DNA of 62,886 bases, filler included, from Octopus bimaculoides (GCF_001194135.2; 4 parts of 4 records of this genome joined end to end with filler, not necessarily neighbours in it), one strand, 5' to 3'. Counted from the first letter of the whole stretch, positions 38,297 through 52,504 are shown. A program made the numbers and translations. Notes: a model not told the origin generated them from the sequence alone.

Positions 38297-39753
38297 ATTC
38301 CTATGTGACTAATTTCAAGAAGATATTTAGAAACTCAAGCTTACTCAATGTCGATCTATGAGCTAACTATTCATAGGTGCGTATTTATTGTTATTTTTTA
38401 AGATCTTTGTTATTGGCACACAGCTGGACCGATTCTCTATGTGGCTTTTACGTTTCACTATGTGACATTGTTTTCTAAAGATGTTTTTCCCGCTTAAAGA
38501 CAAGATCGTATTAAGTATTTTTCAGGTTCTTTTGTCTCTCTTTAGGTATTGGTGTTACCAGCTGCTACCCGTAGAGTCTTTCGGTGCCGTTTCCCTTCTA
38601 TATATATTGAATTAATAATTACCTGTGACATATTAATCCTATACTCTCCTATATTACTTCATCACTAATTGCATCCATAGAGGGAGATTTGCTTTCTTTT
38701 TTACTTATCATTTCTTTTTGTTTCTTGTATTATTTGTACCACCATAATATGAAAATCGGAAAATTTCAGGCATTGATTTCTTAAGTATGAATTTATCATG
38801 AAGGTATGGTTCAAAATGATTGTTACAATAAGATTTGGTGTTTATGTGTTGTTGTTGTTATTTTGTTATTCGAACTGCGTGTTTTTTTTTAACCTTTTTT
38901 TGCTCCTTTATTCCATTTCATCGTTTACTTTGAAATATTTGTGATTAAAAGGGTTAGGATTAGAGTTCCTCAAAGTTAACTTCCGTATAGTTAACGTTTT
39001 GTATTTCAACTAGTGTCTTGGCTGGTTTATTGAGCTCTTTGTATTGTTCCACATATATATGGTCTTTTTTCAGAATTCATGCCTCTCCTTATATAATGTA
39101 TCTATTGCTCATGCTTCTCTTATCACTACCCGTGGAGCTTTCAAGCTGACAATGTATTGGATATAGATTGCATGAGAGAATGTATATTTCACTACCCGTA
39201 TTGCCTAGAAAAACTTATGATAATAATGCTGCGAGTGTTTAGTATAATGTGTGTATTATATAAGAGTGAGATGAAACGAACATAAGTATAACTGATAATG
39301 AAGTAGTAATGAAATAGAGGAGAAGAAGGTGGCACTAATCTAAGAATTCTCAAAGATCGTCATTTATAAAATATTTTCACAGACGATTCCGTTGGTATTG
39401 CTACAAATGTGTGCTGAGAATTCAGGTCTTAAGTGAATAATTCCTCTTTACCTGAAACTACCAGGTGAAATAGTTAGGTTTTACTTATATTTCAAGAAAT
39501 ATATAAGATTGAGTCACCCCTTGAAATAGCACTTTATTTAAAGTTCGAAACACCCAGTAGTAACATATATTTATATCAGTATCAAAACATATTTAACCAA
39601 TTTCTTTTCTGAATTTTTGGAGAATTATTACATAATAGATTTGGATCACAATCTTTTCGAAGATGATGTTTCACTTGTTCGATTTGATTCCTGAATTAAT
39701 GCAGTATTGCTGCAGCATTGTACATAAACGAATACATTTAATGTTATCCTCAG

Positions 39754-39937
39754 GTGCAATCAATGTGACACAGTGTGTGACAATCCTAGCTATACCTTTT
39801 GGATTACAAATAAAATTCATTCAACGAGATTCTCTAGAGTTCCCATTCATTCAACTCCACTCGCAAGTCGACCCGAAGTTCCAGAAAATGATGTGTGCTG
39901 GAAATGCTACATATTGAGATCAACCTGTGATCTTTGA
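39754..39937 (+). CDS. Candidate terminal exon encoding a Cys-rich peptide
   Basis: ttatcctcag acceptor, then CNQCDTVCDNPSYTFWITNKIHSTRFSRVPIHSTPLASRPEVPENDVCWKCYILRSTCDL*. The frame is closed just upstream. Confidence 0.25.
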
Positions 39938-40026
39938 GTTCCGATGCAAACTTCTTAAACATTCGCCCATAATACACCTAGACATTTTTGCATAGAAATA
40001 ATTAATTTTTAATGTGTGGTACATAT

Positions 40027-40239
40027 AAGGCGGCGAGCTGGCAGAATCATTAGCATGCCGGGCAAAATGCTTAGAGGTATTTCGTCTGTCTTTATGTTCG
40101 GAGTTCAAATTCTGCCGTGGTCGACATTGCCTTTCATCCTTTCAGGGTCGATAAACTAAGTAGCAGTTGCGTACTGGAGTCGATCTAATCGACTGGCCCC
40201 TCCCCCAAAATTTCGGGGCTTGTTCCCATAGTAGAAAAG
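40027..40239 (+). mobile_element. SINE family D, full copy with 16-bp TSD
   Basis: aatgtgtggta[c/a]atat at 40011-40026 and 40240-40255 (one mismatch). Confidence 0.92.
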
Positions 40240-43200
40240 AATGTGTGGTAAATATGTCCATTGAATTCCATGCTACATGATCTAACATTTATAGAATATT
40301 ACATATAAGTGCGAAAAAGCTAATAGCTGACTGGGAATCTTATAATTGTTTCTAATTGGCATTTCACATCGAAAACATTGTCATATTTATAATGATACCC
40401 TTTATTCACATAAAATCTGCTAATTATTTAACAGACCTATGAGAACTACTAAATTTGTGCATAATAATTTAGTATCGAACACTTCTACAAAAAAAACCAT
40501 CCGATCCGCAATTTTAAAAGGTATATTTCCATAATATTTCATTCAATGTTGTATATATTTTAGGCTGAACAATTTCCAGCAACAGCTGAATAGTTACATG
40601 TCTATAGAAGCCCAAACGAACCAATCAGTTTCACTATCAGCCCGATTACTCATCATTACATATTTCAGGCCAGCTGCTGCAAAATTGCTAGGTATTCCTT
40701 CGCTTTATTTTTCTTTCTTTTAATATATGCTATGTAATCGATTAAGCATAGATCTGATGTCGATCAATGAAGAAATGTCGGGGGAAAATTTCATATATGC
40801 AAGGTATCATTACCTCAAATGAAAACGCGAAGCCAGTAAATTTCAGTCCATTCATACACCAACTTCCGATGGAATGTCTTTGATATCTTATGTAATTACT
40901 TACAATTGTTTGCTACAGTCAGTGCTGATTGTAAATATATAGAAGCCTGTTATTCTACGAGAAAAAGTTCAAGATCAAAGGGTAATTTTGATGAAGTGCA
41001 GTGCTAAACATTCCAAGCGAGGTGAATCTGTAATGGTTTATAAACAAAAGAATTACTTTTATGATAAATCAGGCGTATAAAGGCAAGCATGACAAGCCTT
41101 AAAATATGTTCGCCTTTGTTCCTGTTTTCATTGGTTTACTATATTCTTCTAATATAAAAATCTTGTGCATTTTACAGCGAAATGCGTTTCACATAATACA
41201 CAAAGGAAGATTTACCTTCACATTAGAAGAGAAACCTTCTGGCTGTCGAATCAATATTTAGTGTTAAACAACTAACGAAATTCAGATGTATTCTATGATT
41301 GGTTTTATTCATTTCCCGACTCCGTAAAAGTATTTATTTTTGTTACACCATGACTATTTTGGGATCACTTCTGTTTTAACTCTGATTATCTTGCGTTCTA
41401 AGATTTCTCTTCAGAAGGATGAAAACCAACATTTCCATTTTTGCTTACAGCACCATTTTAAAAACGTATAATGGTAAAAGTTTATTTTATAAGATTAATT
41501 CTGTTATTAGGATATCTAAATTATAACCAATGCGTCCGTCAAGATTTATATAATAAATGATACCATTCGTTACAATAACAGTTGTTACAATAGTAGTTGT
41601 AATAGCTGGAGCAGCAGCAGTAGCGATAGCTCCAGCAGCTACTGGGGGAGTAAATTTGTTCGAAGCAATGTTGTATTTATCTAGATGTAGTCTATTAACA
41701 GTGAACAATCATATATAAGTAATTCTTCTTGTTTAGCCATAGGTCAGCCCTAACAAAGTAGTCTTATGTTCATAATAGTGCCACATTGATCATTTCCATG
41801 GTTGTCGATGTAAGACTATGATGTTCAATGAACTCTTGTTGTCTGAAGGGTAGGTTGTGATTGCAGTAAATATATTACTTTCTAGCATAACAAGCGACGA
41901 GATAGATACACTCTCCGTGGTCTGTAAGATAAGTAATTTTCTCCTTCATATTGTCGTTTATGATGATATTTAGCTTCATATGAATCCCGTTCGATGCATT
42001 CCAGAGAGAAACATCCCAATTGTTCCCATGCATTATACACCTTGCGTTCTATTAACTAGTATTTCCTTACTGTATGAATTGATGGCGATGAAACAGGTAT
42101 TTCTGGTAGATACAGGGAGCATATAGAGACTCTCGTTTGTTTAGCTCGTAGTTGAGACAGCAGTATGTTGAGGACAATTCAGGGAAAGATGTCTAAATAT
42201 GTAGCATTTATATTTATAAATTATAGGTATTATCATACTTATAACACTGATGATTTTGCCAACATTCATATTGTGCATAGCGTTAATGTTATGCACAATG
42301 TCCGCGCACACACGCATATATATACATACATGCGTACATACATTTGATATATATATATAAACATATATTGTAGCGGCAACATGCAAAGAGGTTATGATGG
42401 AATGCAGAAAGCGGGATTATACAACAGAAGGAATGAAACAGACAAGGAAATCAGAATTAATTTCTTAATCTTTGCAATTATACGCTGCAACATCTATGAC
42501 ATTTATGTAAATAATTACGCCTGCTTAGCGATACTGTTACTTCGCGAACCTAAATTCCATAGCTGAAGTGGCCTTTAATGGCGAATAATTAACATTTCAA
42601 TAATTTAACATCAAGCGTTAATTGATTATAACTGATTGAAAGTCATTACACATTCATAAATTCTTGAATTCATTAATGCAGCTTTTCATGAAAACTATAA
42701 TACATTTCCTATTATTAACAAGTATTTCAGTAAAATAAATTGCTAAACATTTCAGGAATTAATCTAACGAATAAGAAATATATTTTCATATTGAATTTCC
42801 TTCTTTTGGCTATATGTCTGTGTCCGTGTGTATCTCTGAGTATGTAATATGTGCGTTTGTGTGTTTAATTACATTTAATTCGTGACGAATATCCTTGATG
42901 GACGTTTGAACTGAAAGAGAGCACAAACATGCCAATCAATGGTTCACTACACCCTTCCATTTAATTCCATATATTTCAATAGTGCCTCGAATAGATTTAC
43001 AGTCGATATATGCAGTTAATGGAGAGCCTTTATAATGTGTAAATTTAGGATGCAGCTACGTTGCATGTCAGCACATAATGAGATACATTTGTATGTATCA
43101 AATCTGTGTTAATTTAGATTAACTTCCGATGAAACATAGGAAGAAAAATACTGGAATAAAAAAGACATAATAATCATTAGCTGAAGCGATTAAAAAAATT

Positions 43201-44119
43201 TATCTTAAAAAGTGACGTGAAATTAATTTTGAGTAAAATATTTAAACGTACTTCTTTTTTTCTAATTTGAAAGCAATACTTAAAGCTAGATTAATATATT
43301 TTCATTGACATACGATCGTCGCATTACCTACAGCAATATGAATGTGACGTATCCTATACATGTCATATGATATTCTTAATGGCACAAGCATAACAGATGT
43401 AACTGGCACATATTGCAATAATAATGTATTTGGAGATCGTACAGGCATTTTTTTGAATTTGGACAGTTCAATATTAAAAGAAGATGCCATAGAACGGCGT
43501 ATAAAATGGAATATACGGTATTTAATGTCCAAAATGTGCCCGAACCCCCAGTATAAAGACACCCAATCTTAATTATTTATAATTATGTTGATGTCTTTTA
43601 GCGTTAGTATATGCAAATTATTACAATATTCCATCAGCAAATTGATTAACGAATTTTCAATTAGACATATTTAAGTGCAATACAATGGCAGTTTGTTCTA
43701 GTTTTATTTGCACATTACTTGTCATGTTAATCGAAATACTAGTCTAGATTAGGTAATGGGCGCCCTCCATATGTTTTGGGACCACCTATAGGGAAAATTC
43801 CACTCATAAATCCATGCATATACGGAAACAAAGAAATAAATTACGATTTTCAAATCACAAATAACTTGCTGTCAATACAATCTCGAGAAAAATGTTAAGA
43901 ACAAAAGATTTTCACGGGAAGGAGCATCAATTTTTAACAGGAATAATATTTTTTTTAAATCACTTCGAAACCGGTACTCAAAATCTGCAGTAAAAAATTC
44001 ACTTTGTCAGTTGACACTGGCGTTTTTAAAGACTTAACAACGACATTTGTACAAAGTAAGAACTTTGATCTAATTAATGCTATCGTATATGAGACTTTTC
44101 AGTGCATGTATGCGCAAGG

Positions 44120-44590
44120 GTGGCTTCGAGGTAAGAAGCTTACTTCGGAATCACACGGTTCCAGGTTCAATGCTACTGCGTAGTACATTGATCAAGTATC
44201 TTCTAGCTTCTACGATAGCCTTGGGCCGACCAAAGCCTTGACAGTATAGTTTGTGGACTGAAACAGAAAAAAGTCCGTCGTATATATGTATATGTGTGTA
44301 TGTGAGTGTGTGTGTGTGTGTGTGCGAGAGCATGTGTGAGTGCGTCTTTGTGTCTATGTTTGTCCCCCACCGCCTGTTCACAGCCGGTGTTGGTTTGTTT
44401 ACGTCCCGGTAACATAGCGGTTCAGCAAAACAGGTCGATAGAATAAGTACCAATTTTTTTTTTTTTTTAATGAAAAGTACTGGGATCGATTCATTCGACT
44501 AAATATTCTTTAAGCCACAAGGCTGCGGCCATGCCGGGACATGGCCACAGCCTAGTGACGAAAACAGGTAAAAGAAGGTAAAAGATAAAA
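44120..44590 (+). mobile_element. SINE family C copy with internal (TG)n
   Basis: ggtaagaagcttacttc..ccaggttcaatg..gaaaaaagtccgtcg (TG)n gtttgtccccc..gatagaataagtac..aggtaaaag. Confidence 0.85.
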
Positions 44591-45361
44591 AGAAATTCAG
44601 CATGTTTTATGGTTATGATATTCCCCAGAGTCTGTGTCTTCCTAAAATATATATTTTTTGTATAGTAGTGGTTTCAATAATTTTATTAATAAAAAAATAT
44701 ATCACTGAATCTTGTGCTCTCGATAACATTATTTTTTTCCCACCAAACTCCAAATTCCCTTCGGTATTTAGGATTGCATCTATACGTACTGCTGTGCCTA
44801 ACTCAAAATATCGACAGCATTTGCTCGACCAGAATACTGACCACATTAGACTTACAAATGTGAGAGAGTTTGCAACTGGATATATACTCGCCAATACTGT
44901 CCCTTGTACTAAATAACGACTGTATAATTACATAGATAAAAAATGTAAGACAAGTATCCAAATGATGAAAAAAAAGAAAACAATTAGAACTGTACAACAG
45001 CTAAAAAAATTTCTCATCGCCGTAAAGAATCACATATGATAAAAGATGCCTGGAGACAAGAGAAAACAAATTTTATAAACGAAACAAAAAAATGTACTCG
45101 TTAGAACTTAAGAACTAGCGAAGCAATTGTGTTTTTATATGTTTATAGCTACATACGCAAGTAATTTGTCGTATGTTTATATAACCAGTCGTAGCCACAC
45201 GCACACTGTCGATATTTTGTTAGAAATTAAGAGAATAAATTGTACGACAGTTGATGTAAATTGACTATGATGGTTCTCCATCACCTAGTCTAAATGAGAT
45301 ATAAACACAGAGATTACAATTTACTAAGTGCTAAGTGCAATAACTTCAGGATGTATTTATA

Positions 45362-46630
45362 TTGGGTTGGTAAGGAAATAATTTAGTTTTTCGTAAATAG
45401 ATAGAGTTAAGATTTTTTGAATGACTTTTGCGAATGTTATGTCTCTTTCCTTTTGACATTTGATAGCCGTTACCTTTATCTTACCTTAGAAGCAAATTGC
45501 GCGTATTTTTGTTTACGGCTGTTAGTTCAGTGTCAGTTTTAACATGGAGTGCAAAAACGAACATTTTCGCCATATTTTTGCTTTTTTTTTATTTCCGTAA
45601 AGGTAAGAAAGCTGCTGAGGCTCACAAAGAGACATGTGAAGTTTATGGTGTTGATTGCTTAATAGAACGCACATGTCAAAATGTTTTAAAATTCCGTTCT
45701 CGAAATTGTTCATTCAAAGATGACTAAAGTTCTAGTCGACCTACTGAAGCTGATGTCCAGATCAAAGCCATAATTGAATCTGATTGACATAACTGTGTGA
45801 AAGATTGCACAGAAGTTAATTGTATCACAACAACAATTGAAAATCACTTACAATGTCATAGTATTTAAGAAACTCGGTATTTGGGTTCCACTTAAATTGA
45901 AAGAGTTTCACTTAATATAACGAATCAATATATTGCGATATGCATCGCAAACACAGTGATATCGACCATTTTTTGAAACAAATTGCCACTGGTGTTGAAA
46001 AATGGATTGTCTACAATAGCATCAATAGAAAACAATCATGGTCCAAGTGTAATGAACCAGCACAGACTCCATCGAAAGCTGAATTGCATCAAAAGTCTTG
46101 CTGTAAATTTGGTGGGATTACGAAGATGTGTATTTTGAGCTGCTACCAAGGACCCAAACGATCAATTGAGATGTTTACTTTCAACAACTAACGAAACTGA
46201 AGGAAGCAATCAAGTAAAAACGGTCAAAATTGGCAAATCATCAAGGAATCGTGTTCCACTATGACAACGCTAGACTACACACGTCTTTGTTTACCCGTGA
46301 AAAAATTATTGGAGCTTAGTTAGGAGGTGAGTTACATCCACCGCATAGCCCTAACCTTGCACCATCACATTACTATTTATTTCGAAGTTTGCAAAATTAT
46401 CTGTATGGTAAAACATTCAATAATGATAATGACCTGAAATCGCACTTGCTTCAGTTTTGGGCTGATATGGACCAGAAGGTCTATGAGTGCAGAATCCTGA
46501 AGTTGCCGGAAATATGGCAAAAGATTATCGAAGAAAATGGAATATTTATAATTGATTGAAATTCATTCCTTATATGAAAAAAATGACTTATTTTTCACTA
46601 CAAACTGAAATTACTTTCTTGCCAATCCAA
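45362..46630 (+). mobile_element. Full-length (1269 bp) decayed mariner, mellifera-like D,D34D
   Basis: TIRs ttgggttggtaaggaaataattt / ttggattggcaagaaagtaattt with TA on both sides. Pseudo-ORF from 45545: MECKNEHFRH..FRKGKKAAEAHK..WVP..ATGVEKWIVYN..HYDNARLHTS..SPNLAPSHYYLFRSLQN..LPEIWQKIIEENG. Confidence 0.92.
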
Positions 46631-48792
46631 TAAACTTTATTCTTGTAATACACTGCTGGAGTAACGTACATTCGATTGCATACGCACATGTGTGCATGTG
46701 TCTGTGTGTCTATACACACACACACATATATGTATAAACGTGCATGCATGCATACATACATGTATGAATATTTATACATCTATGTGTGTGTTTGTGTGCA
46801 TGTTTGTGGGGGTGCTTGTTGATACATTCCTTAAAATACAATATGGAAGCAAAAGACCACTGAGAGAGCACCATTTTGATGTAAAGTTATGTGTTTAGAA
46901 CATGTACTGAACACCTTCAACACAAATGGAATTTATAAGGCCGCCTTGCCTCTGCAAATTGTATATTTTTATACATAACAATCCAATTGATGTTAATATG
47001 AAAGTATCCACGAAGAAAATTTATCCCGAGATATTCATTGATTATTTATCAATGAACATATTGAAATACATATTTCTGAAAATGGTATTCTGCATTATTT
47101 ATGCGAGAACATATTGATATGAATATGTTCTCAGTGTTTTAAATAACTAAAATGACTTTTCTCCGGTATAGTTATTGTAGTAAAAATACGTTTCTACATG
47201 AATGTATACGCAAACATTTTGAATATATGTCTTAGTGGTAGTACCAAAATGGTATGCGTCAATTGTTTTATGTCCGAATATTCCTACCGCCTGCGCCGTC
47301 TAAGTCACGCTATCGTTTCTAACGGATACTAAAACGGTTAGAGCTATGATGGTGCAGGCTGTTGTCGAAAGTGTCACAGGGAAGATAAATAATATGGATT
47401 TCTGATTTAGACACAAGTCCAGCAGTAACAATGTGAGGGGACAACCAATGTCGTCGATCTATTTTTTTTTATGTTATTTCATTTCATGGACTCCGAAATG
47501 ATCAGAAGTAAAGATAACTTAGTCATGTCTTGAACTCACAACATGTGAAACGTAACTACAAGTGTAAAGCGTCTGTTCCAATGTAAATTATTAATATTAA
47601 GTAAAAATAGTAATTAAAACGTGAAGGAAACCAGAAACACACTCCAGTTGACGGAATTTAAATCGTTAGAGCCGTCACACAAAGGAAAGCACTGCGTTTG
47701 TAATTTTTGTGAATTACTTTTGCGTTTCTAAATGTATCAAGAGATAACATATACTTTTCAACAGTTCCTCAGTTGAGATAGAATAATTCCTAAATAAGTT
47801 GCAGCTTCTCCTCTGCTGCCTATAAAATTGTGAACGTTACTATAACTATCACTTTTGAATTGATTCTGTTGAAATAACTACAAATTTTATTTCATTGATT
47901 TATCTTGCTTCAGAATGTATATCAGCAACATAATGTTATATTTGTAGTAATATTATTCAATTCCCTTTGAAACATAATTATTTATATATCTTATCTGGGC
48001 GAGAAAGCTATGAGAATAATAGTAAGTCTACTGTTTGTGAGCGTTAAAATATTAAAAGATGTTTCTGATCATTGGGTTACATTACACGCTGGAAAATATA
48101 CTAAACCATAATCGATCTTGAGACCAGCAATAGGAAGTCGGCGCTTGTGGGAGTCGATGAATATTTTATTGAAATATATCATAGCGACATATTATATTAC
48201 AAATATTATTAAGCATTTCCTGTATAGTTTCTACTTTTTCCTCAACAAACCAGGGAATAACAACATATAACACTCCGGCATCAATGTTTTAATTGCAGCA
48301 AGTTTCTAATCCTGTAGTTTGACGTCAGCTTCCTCACTAGAAAGGAGCAACGTATTTGTCTATCGATAGTTGCATAGTTAATATATATGTAGTTGAATAC
48401 ATGTAGTTTATTCATGTTTTACGTTCATCAATGTCTACAGACAATCCAGGAAATTGTCAAAGGAATTATTCAAAATCAATTTAAATATGATTTCCTATGA
48501 ATGTATGCCTTTCATACATGAACTCCGTCCATTTCCATATTATTATGAAACATTCAGCATTACTTACCTAACCCAAATGTAATACTCATATATGGGAGTT
48601 GTAAAATTTAATCACATTCCCAAGGGTTTAAAATAACAATAAACACTATTAAATTTGAATTCTTTCCATATTTACACATTGAAATGAAAAATACGAATTT
48701 ATCGGCTATACAATGAGAATTCAAATAAGAAATATGAACAGAAAACCACAATAAACATGTTTCAGTTCAGTGATATGTAGATATGATATATA

Positions 48793-49010
48793 TTTCATTA
48801 CTGCCCACACGGGACTAAACATAGAGAGGACAAACAAAGACAGATAAAGGGATTAAGTCGATTACATCGACCCCAGTGCGTAACTGGTACTTATTTAATC
48901 GATTCCGAAAGGATGAAAGGCAAAGTCGACCTCGGCGGAATTTGAACTCAGAACGTAACGGCAGACGAAATACCGCTGAGCATTTCGACCGGCGTGCTAA
49001 CGATTCTGCT
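48793..49010 (-). mobile_element. SINE family D copy (variant tail)
   Basis: gggattaagtcgattacatcgaccccag...gtcgacctcggcggaatttgaactcag...gctaacgattctgc. Confidence 0.9.
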
Positions 49011-49026
49011 CGATGTAGACACAATA

Positions 49027-49177
49027 TTCTTTTCTACTCTAGGCACAAGACCCGAAATTTTGGGGGAGGGGGCTAGTCGATTAGATCGACCCCAGTGCGC
49101 AACTTGTACTTATTTTATTGACGCCAGAAGGATAATATGTAAAGTCGTCCTCGGTGGTATTTGAACTCAGAATTTAA
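49027..49177 (-). mobile_element. SINE family D copy cut by gap
   Basis: ctactctaggcacaagacccgaaattttggggg...atttgaactcag. Confidence 0.85.
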
Positions 49178-49751
49178 NNNNNNNNNNNNNNNNNNNNNNN
49201 NNNNNNNNNNNNNNNNNNNNNNNNNNNNNNNNNNNNNNNNNNNNNNNNNNNNNNNNNNNNNNNNNNNNNNNNNNNNNNNNNNNNNNNNNNNNNNNNNNNN
49301 NNNNNNNNNNNNNNNNNNNNNNNNNNNNNNNNNNNNNNNNNNNNNNNNNNNNNNNNNNNNNNNNNNNNNNNNNNNNNNNNNNNNNNNNNNNNNNNNNNNN
49401 NNNNNNNNNNNNNNNNNNNNNNNNNNNNNNNNNNNNGTGTGTGTGTGTGTGTGTGTGTGTGCGCGTGTGTGTGTATTTATATATGAATACGCGCGTGTGT
49501 GTGTGTATGAAATTATAACATTATTTACAGAAAAATTTAATATTACAGACGAGTCAATAACCAGTATCGTCATCTTTAATGATTCGAATTGTCATCAATT
49601 TAATTATTTTATCCTAAATTTAATTTTATTCTTCAATAAAAGAAATTATTTCCAAATGAGATATCGATTTTCTTGTTCTCCCAGTTCTTAACTGACTGAA
49701 ATATTAGCAAATATTTTCTGCCTAAATTTCAATATTAGTTTCACCTCATGG

Positions 49752-49885
49752 TTCTTCTTCTTCTTCTTCTTCTTCTTCTTCTTCTTCTTCTTCTTCTTCT
49801 TCTTCTTCTTCTTCTTCTTCTTCTTCTTCTTCTTCTTCTTCTTCCTTCTCCTCCTCCTCTTCTTCTTCTTCTTCTTCTTCTTTCC
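49752..49885. repeat. (TTC)n microsatellite
   Basis: Direct reading. Confidence 0.95.
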
Positions 49886-50699
49886 TTTTTTTCTCCATCC
49901 TACTTATTATCTTCTAATTGAAACAGCAACGGACATTATTCCCTCACTTTGTTCTTCCTATCTTGATTAGATATTGCACCAGGAAAGAAATGGCTACATC
50001 CAGAATTATATTCCATACCCAACTTGATATTTCTGATAATTCTTGTAATCTTCTTAGCAATCGTATTCCGTCTATAAAAACTTCTATTCAACTCAATTAA
50101 AGTCCCTTAGCTGCAGCAACCTGATCAGGTCAAATTAATATATTTACGAAGAAACTACTATCATCAAATCGCTTGCCATTTATTACGATACTGTTCCGTG
50201 CAAGTCTTTAGTCATTCCTAATTATCAAGAAACGAAGCAATTATATTATTTCCTTTCCACAATTTCACCTTTGTGATCATGATTAACTATTAATGATCAC
50301 ATTTCATCTGAAACAATAAACGACCGACTTCGCAGCTAACGTTTCTAATCACTCCATATGCATACACATTCCCGGAAATCCTTAGATATTCAATATGTAC
50401 TAAATGAAATTCCATTTCTTTTGTATTCTATTTGACGACGCAAGGTTCCGAAGGTCTTCTGATATTTAGACTGATAGAGCCACAATATATCCAGTTTATA
50501 AATGAACATAATTAATTCATTTTTCTTACTTGGATAAGGAACAAACATTAATTAAACATGAAAAGTTAATAGTATATACTATTAATTTAGATATTAGATA
50601 GTATACATTGATAGCGTGATGGTGATTCGTGACCATCCAGATCGTGATCATAAAGTAAAGTTGTTGGGAGCATTGTTTTATTGTTTTATTTGTTTTTAC

Positions 50700-50905
50700 T
50701 TGTTTCACTCATTTGACTGCGGCCATGCTGGAGCACTGCCATGAAGGGTTTTAGTCGAACAAATTGACCCCGGGACTTACATTTTAAGTCTAGTACTTAT
50801 TCTATCGTTTTTTTTTGTTTTTTTTTTGTCGAACTGCTACGCACACCAACGCCGGTTGTCAAGTGGTGATGTAAGGGGACAAATATAGACACAAAGAGAC
50901 AGACA
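50700..50905 (-). mobile_element. SINE family C 3' half
   Basis: catttgactgcggccatgctggagcac...gtacttattctatcg...ggttgtcaag..ggggacaaa. Confidence 0.85.
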
Positions 50906-51063
50906 CACATAGGTGTGTATATATATATACATATATATACATATATATACATACATACATATNNNNNNNNNNNNNNNNNNNNNNNNNNNNNNNNNNNNNN
51001 NNNNNNTTAATTAATTAANNNNNNNNNNNNNNNNNNNNNNNNNNNNNNNNNNNNNNNNNNNNT

Positions 51064-51429
51064 TGTAGTAACGCCGTGTGCATGCGTAGTCTCACGCATG
51101 CGTGGAATTAAACAACCAAGCGTTCCCGCTTCTATTCTATCTCTTTCTCGGTCGGCCGGCCATGAGCATGGACGTGTCAAGCAGTGTCTCCAACATTCCA
51201 ACCTGGAGACAGTCTCTTTACGTGTTTAGCTGTCTCTCTTCATCTTTCGAACTTACGCTCGACAGCTCGCTTACACCTACATACCAAACGTCCCAACAAC
51301 AATGCACACACACACAGAAGCTGTAACAACAAACAAGAGCTAAAGATGTATATATTTACCACCTGAATAAATGTTGTTTAAGTTGATAGTCTGGAGTTCA
51401 GCGTTCCGTTTAATTTCTAATATTATATA
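51064..51429 (+). mobile_element. Probable solo LTR
   Basis: Begins TGTAGTAAC, GC-richer body, AATAAA near the 3' end, ends ...attatata like the Gypsy LTR end near 3631. TSD obscured by the gap. Confidence 0.5.
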
Positions 51430-51599
51430 GGAAAGTCAGGTATACATCTAATGATGTATAACCAACTTTCCTATATAATAAATATTTTTATAATTACTGT
51501 ATCAAATATATTAACATCCACTTTACTTATTAAATTTTCATGCAGTAGGTTTCCCTTGATATTTTCTTCAATCATTCAATATTTTGATGCCTTTAATAA

Positions 51600-52010
51600 T
51601 TATGGACACTCTACAAAGCTCAGGTGAAACCACAATGGAATATAGCGCACACATCTGGGACAATGTCTACTGCTACTGTACACACGACACACAGACCAAA
51701 AAAGACTACCTAATGAGTATAATGTCCTTCACAAACACATCAGTTTCTAACACACGGACGCACTATCTCTTCTCTGAACTCCGAATGGCCTCTTTTCATA
51801 AGATCTTGCTAAACTCATTCTATCTCCTCTGTTCAAGAATTCCTAACCCACTCGTATCATTTCCTCTTATCATCCTTGATGTGTCCAACCCTGCAGTCCG
51901 GTTCTGCATTAATCACTGCCTTCCTCCCCAGAATATCACCTATCACTGTAACTCCTTCTTTGCTTATGCACTGTATTTTCTGTATGTTTTGAATTCCGGA
52001 GGTTCAAGAG
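51600..52010 (+). mobile_element. CR1/L2/Jockey-group LINE RT C-terminal remnant
   Basis: TMEYSAHIWD ... YCNSFF resembles the recalled MEYxxxxWD ... SFFxxTxxLWN pattern; degraded. Confidence 0.45.
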
Positions 52011-52504
52011 GAACCTAAATAACCTCCTAGGAGGGCTTATGAAGGCCGCAGACACTGCTCTTTTCTTGAAACCCAGCAAGTTAAAAAATGAAAATGTGAT
52101 TTTCCAACTTTGTGAAACGAATTCCTGAGTGAAATCAGATGGGGAGGAGGGTATTATAGAATTTTTTTTTAATGTAATTTTTAATGCCACAAACTAACGC
52201 CAGAAAGCCGAAAAAAGAAATAGGTATTGAAGCAATTATCCGGAGAAATCATACAATACCACAAAGGTTGTTGTTAATATGTGTAACGATAAAGTTTTTA
52301 ATTTGTGTAGCGATACCTGTTATGGTGCAACGTCGAGATCGCCAGTTTGTAACGATAATAATTTGTTGTTATAACGCCATGTTGTAGGATGGAGTTTTAA
52401 GAAAGTATTTATTTACCGTTACATTACTATACCTTGTCTCGACGGACAGGTTATGATAACTCCAAAAGCATGCGAAGTAAAGTTTGTGTTTGTGTCCTCT
52501 TCAT

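Noticed and set aside
39820-39915. Minus-strand LELRVDL resembling the fibrinogen-domain ELRVDL motif
   Set aside because: The frame stops within a few codons and other FReD motifs are absent.
40640-41000. Several short AG...GT micro-exon candidates (also near 53870, 56690 and 61260-61380)
   Set aside because: Such signals arise by chance in AT-rich DNA; no coherent protein could be assembled.
43302-43572. Overlapping 70-86 aa ORFs, with WGFGHI resembling the RTE WxGHV motif
   Set aside because: A single short motif is insufficient.
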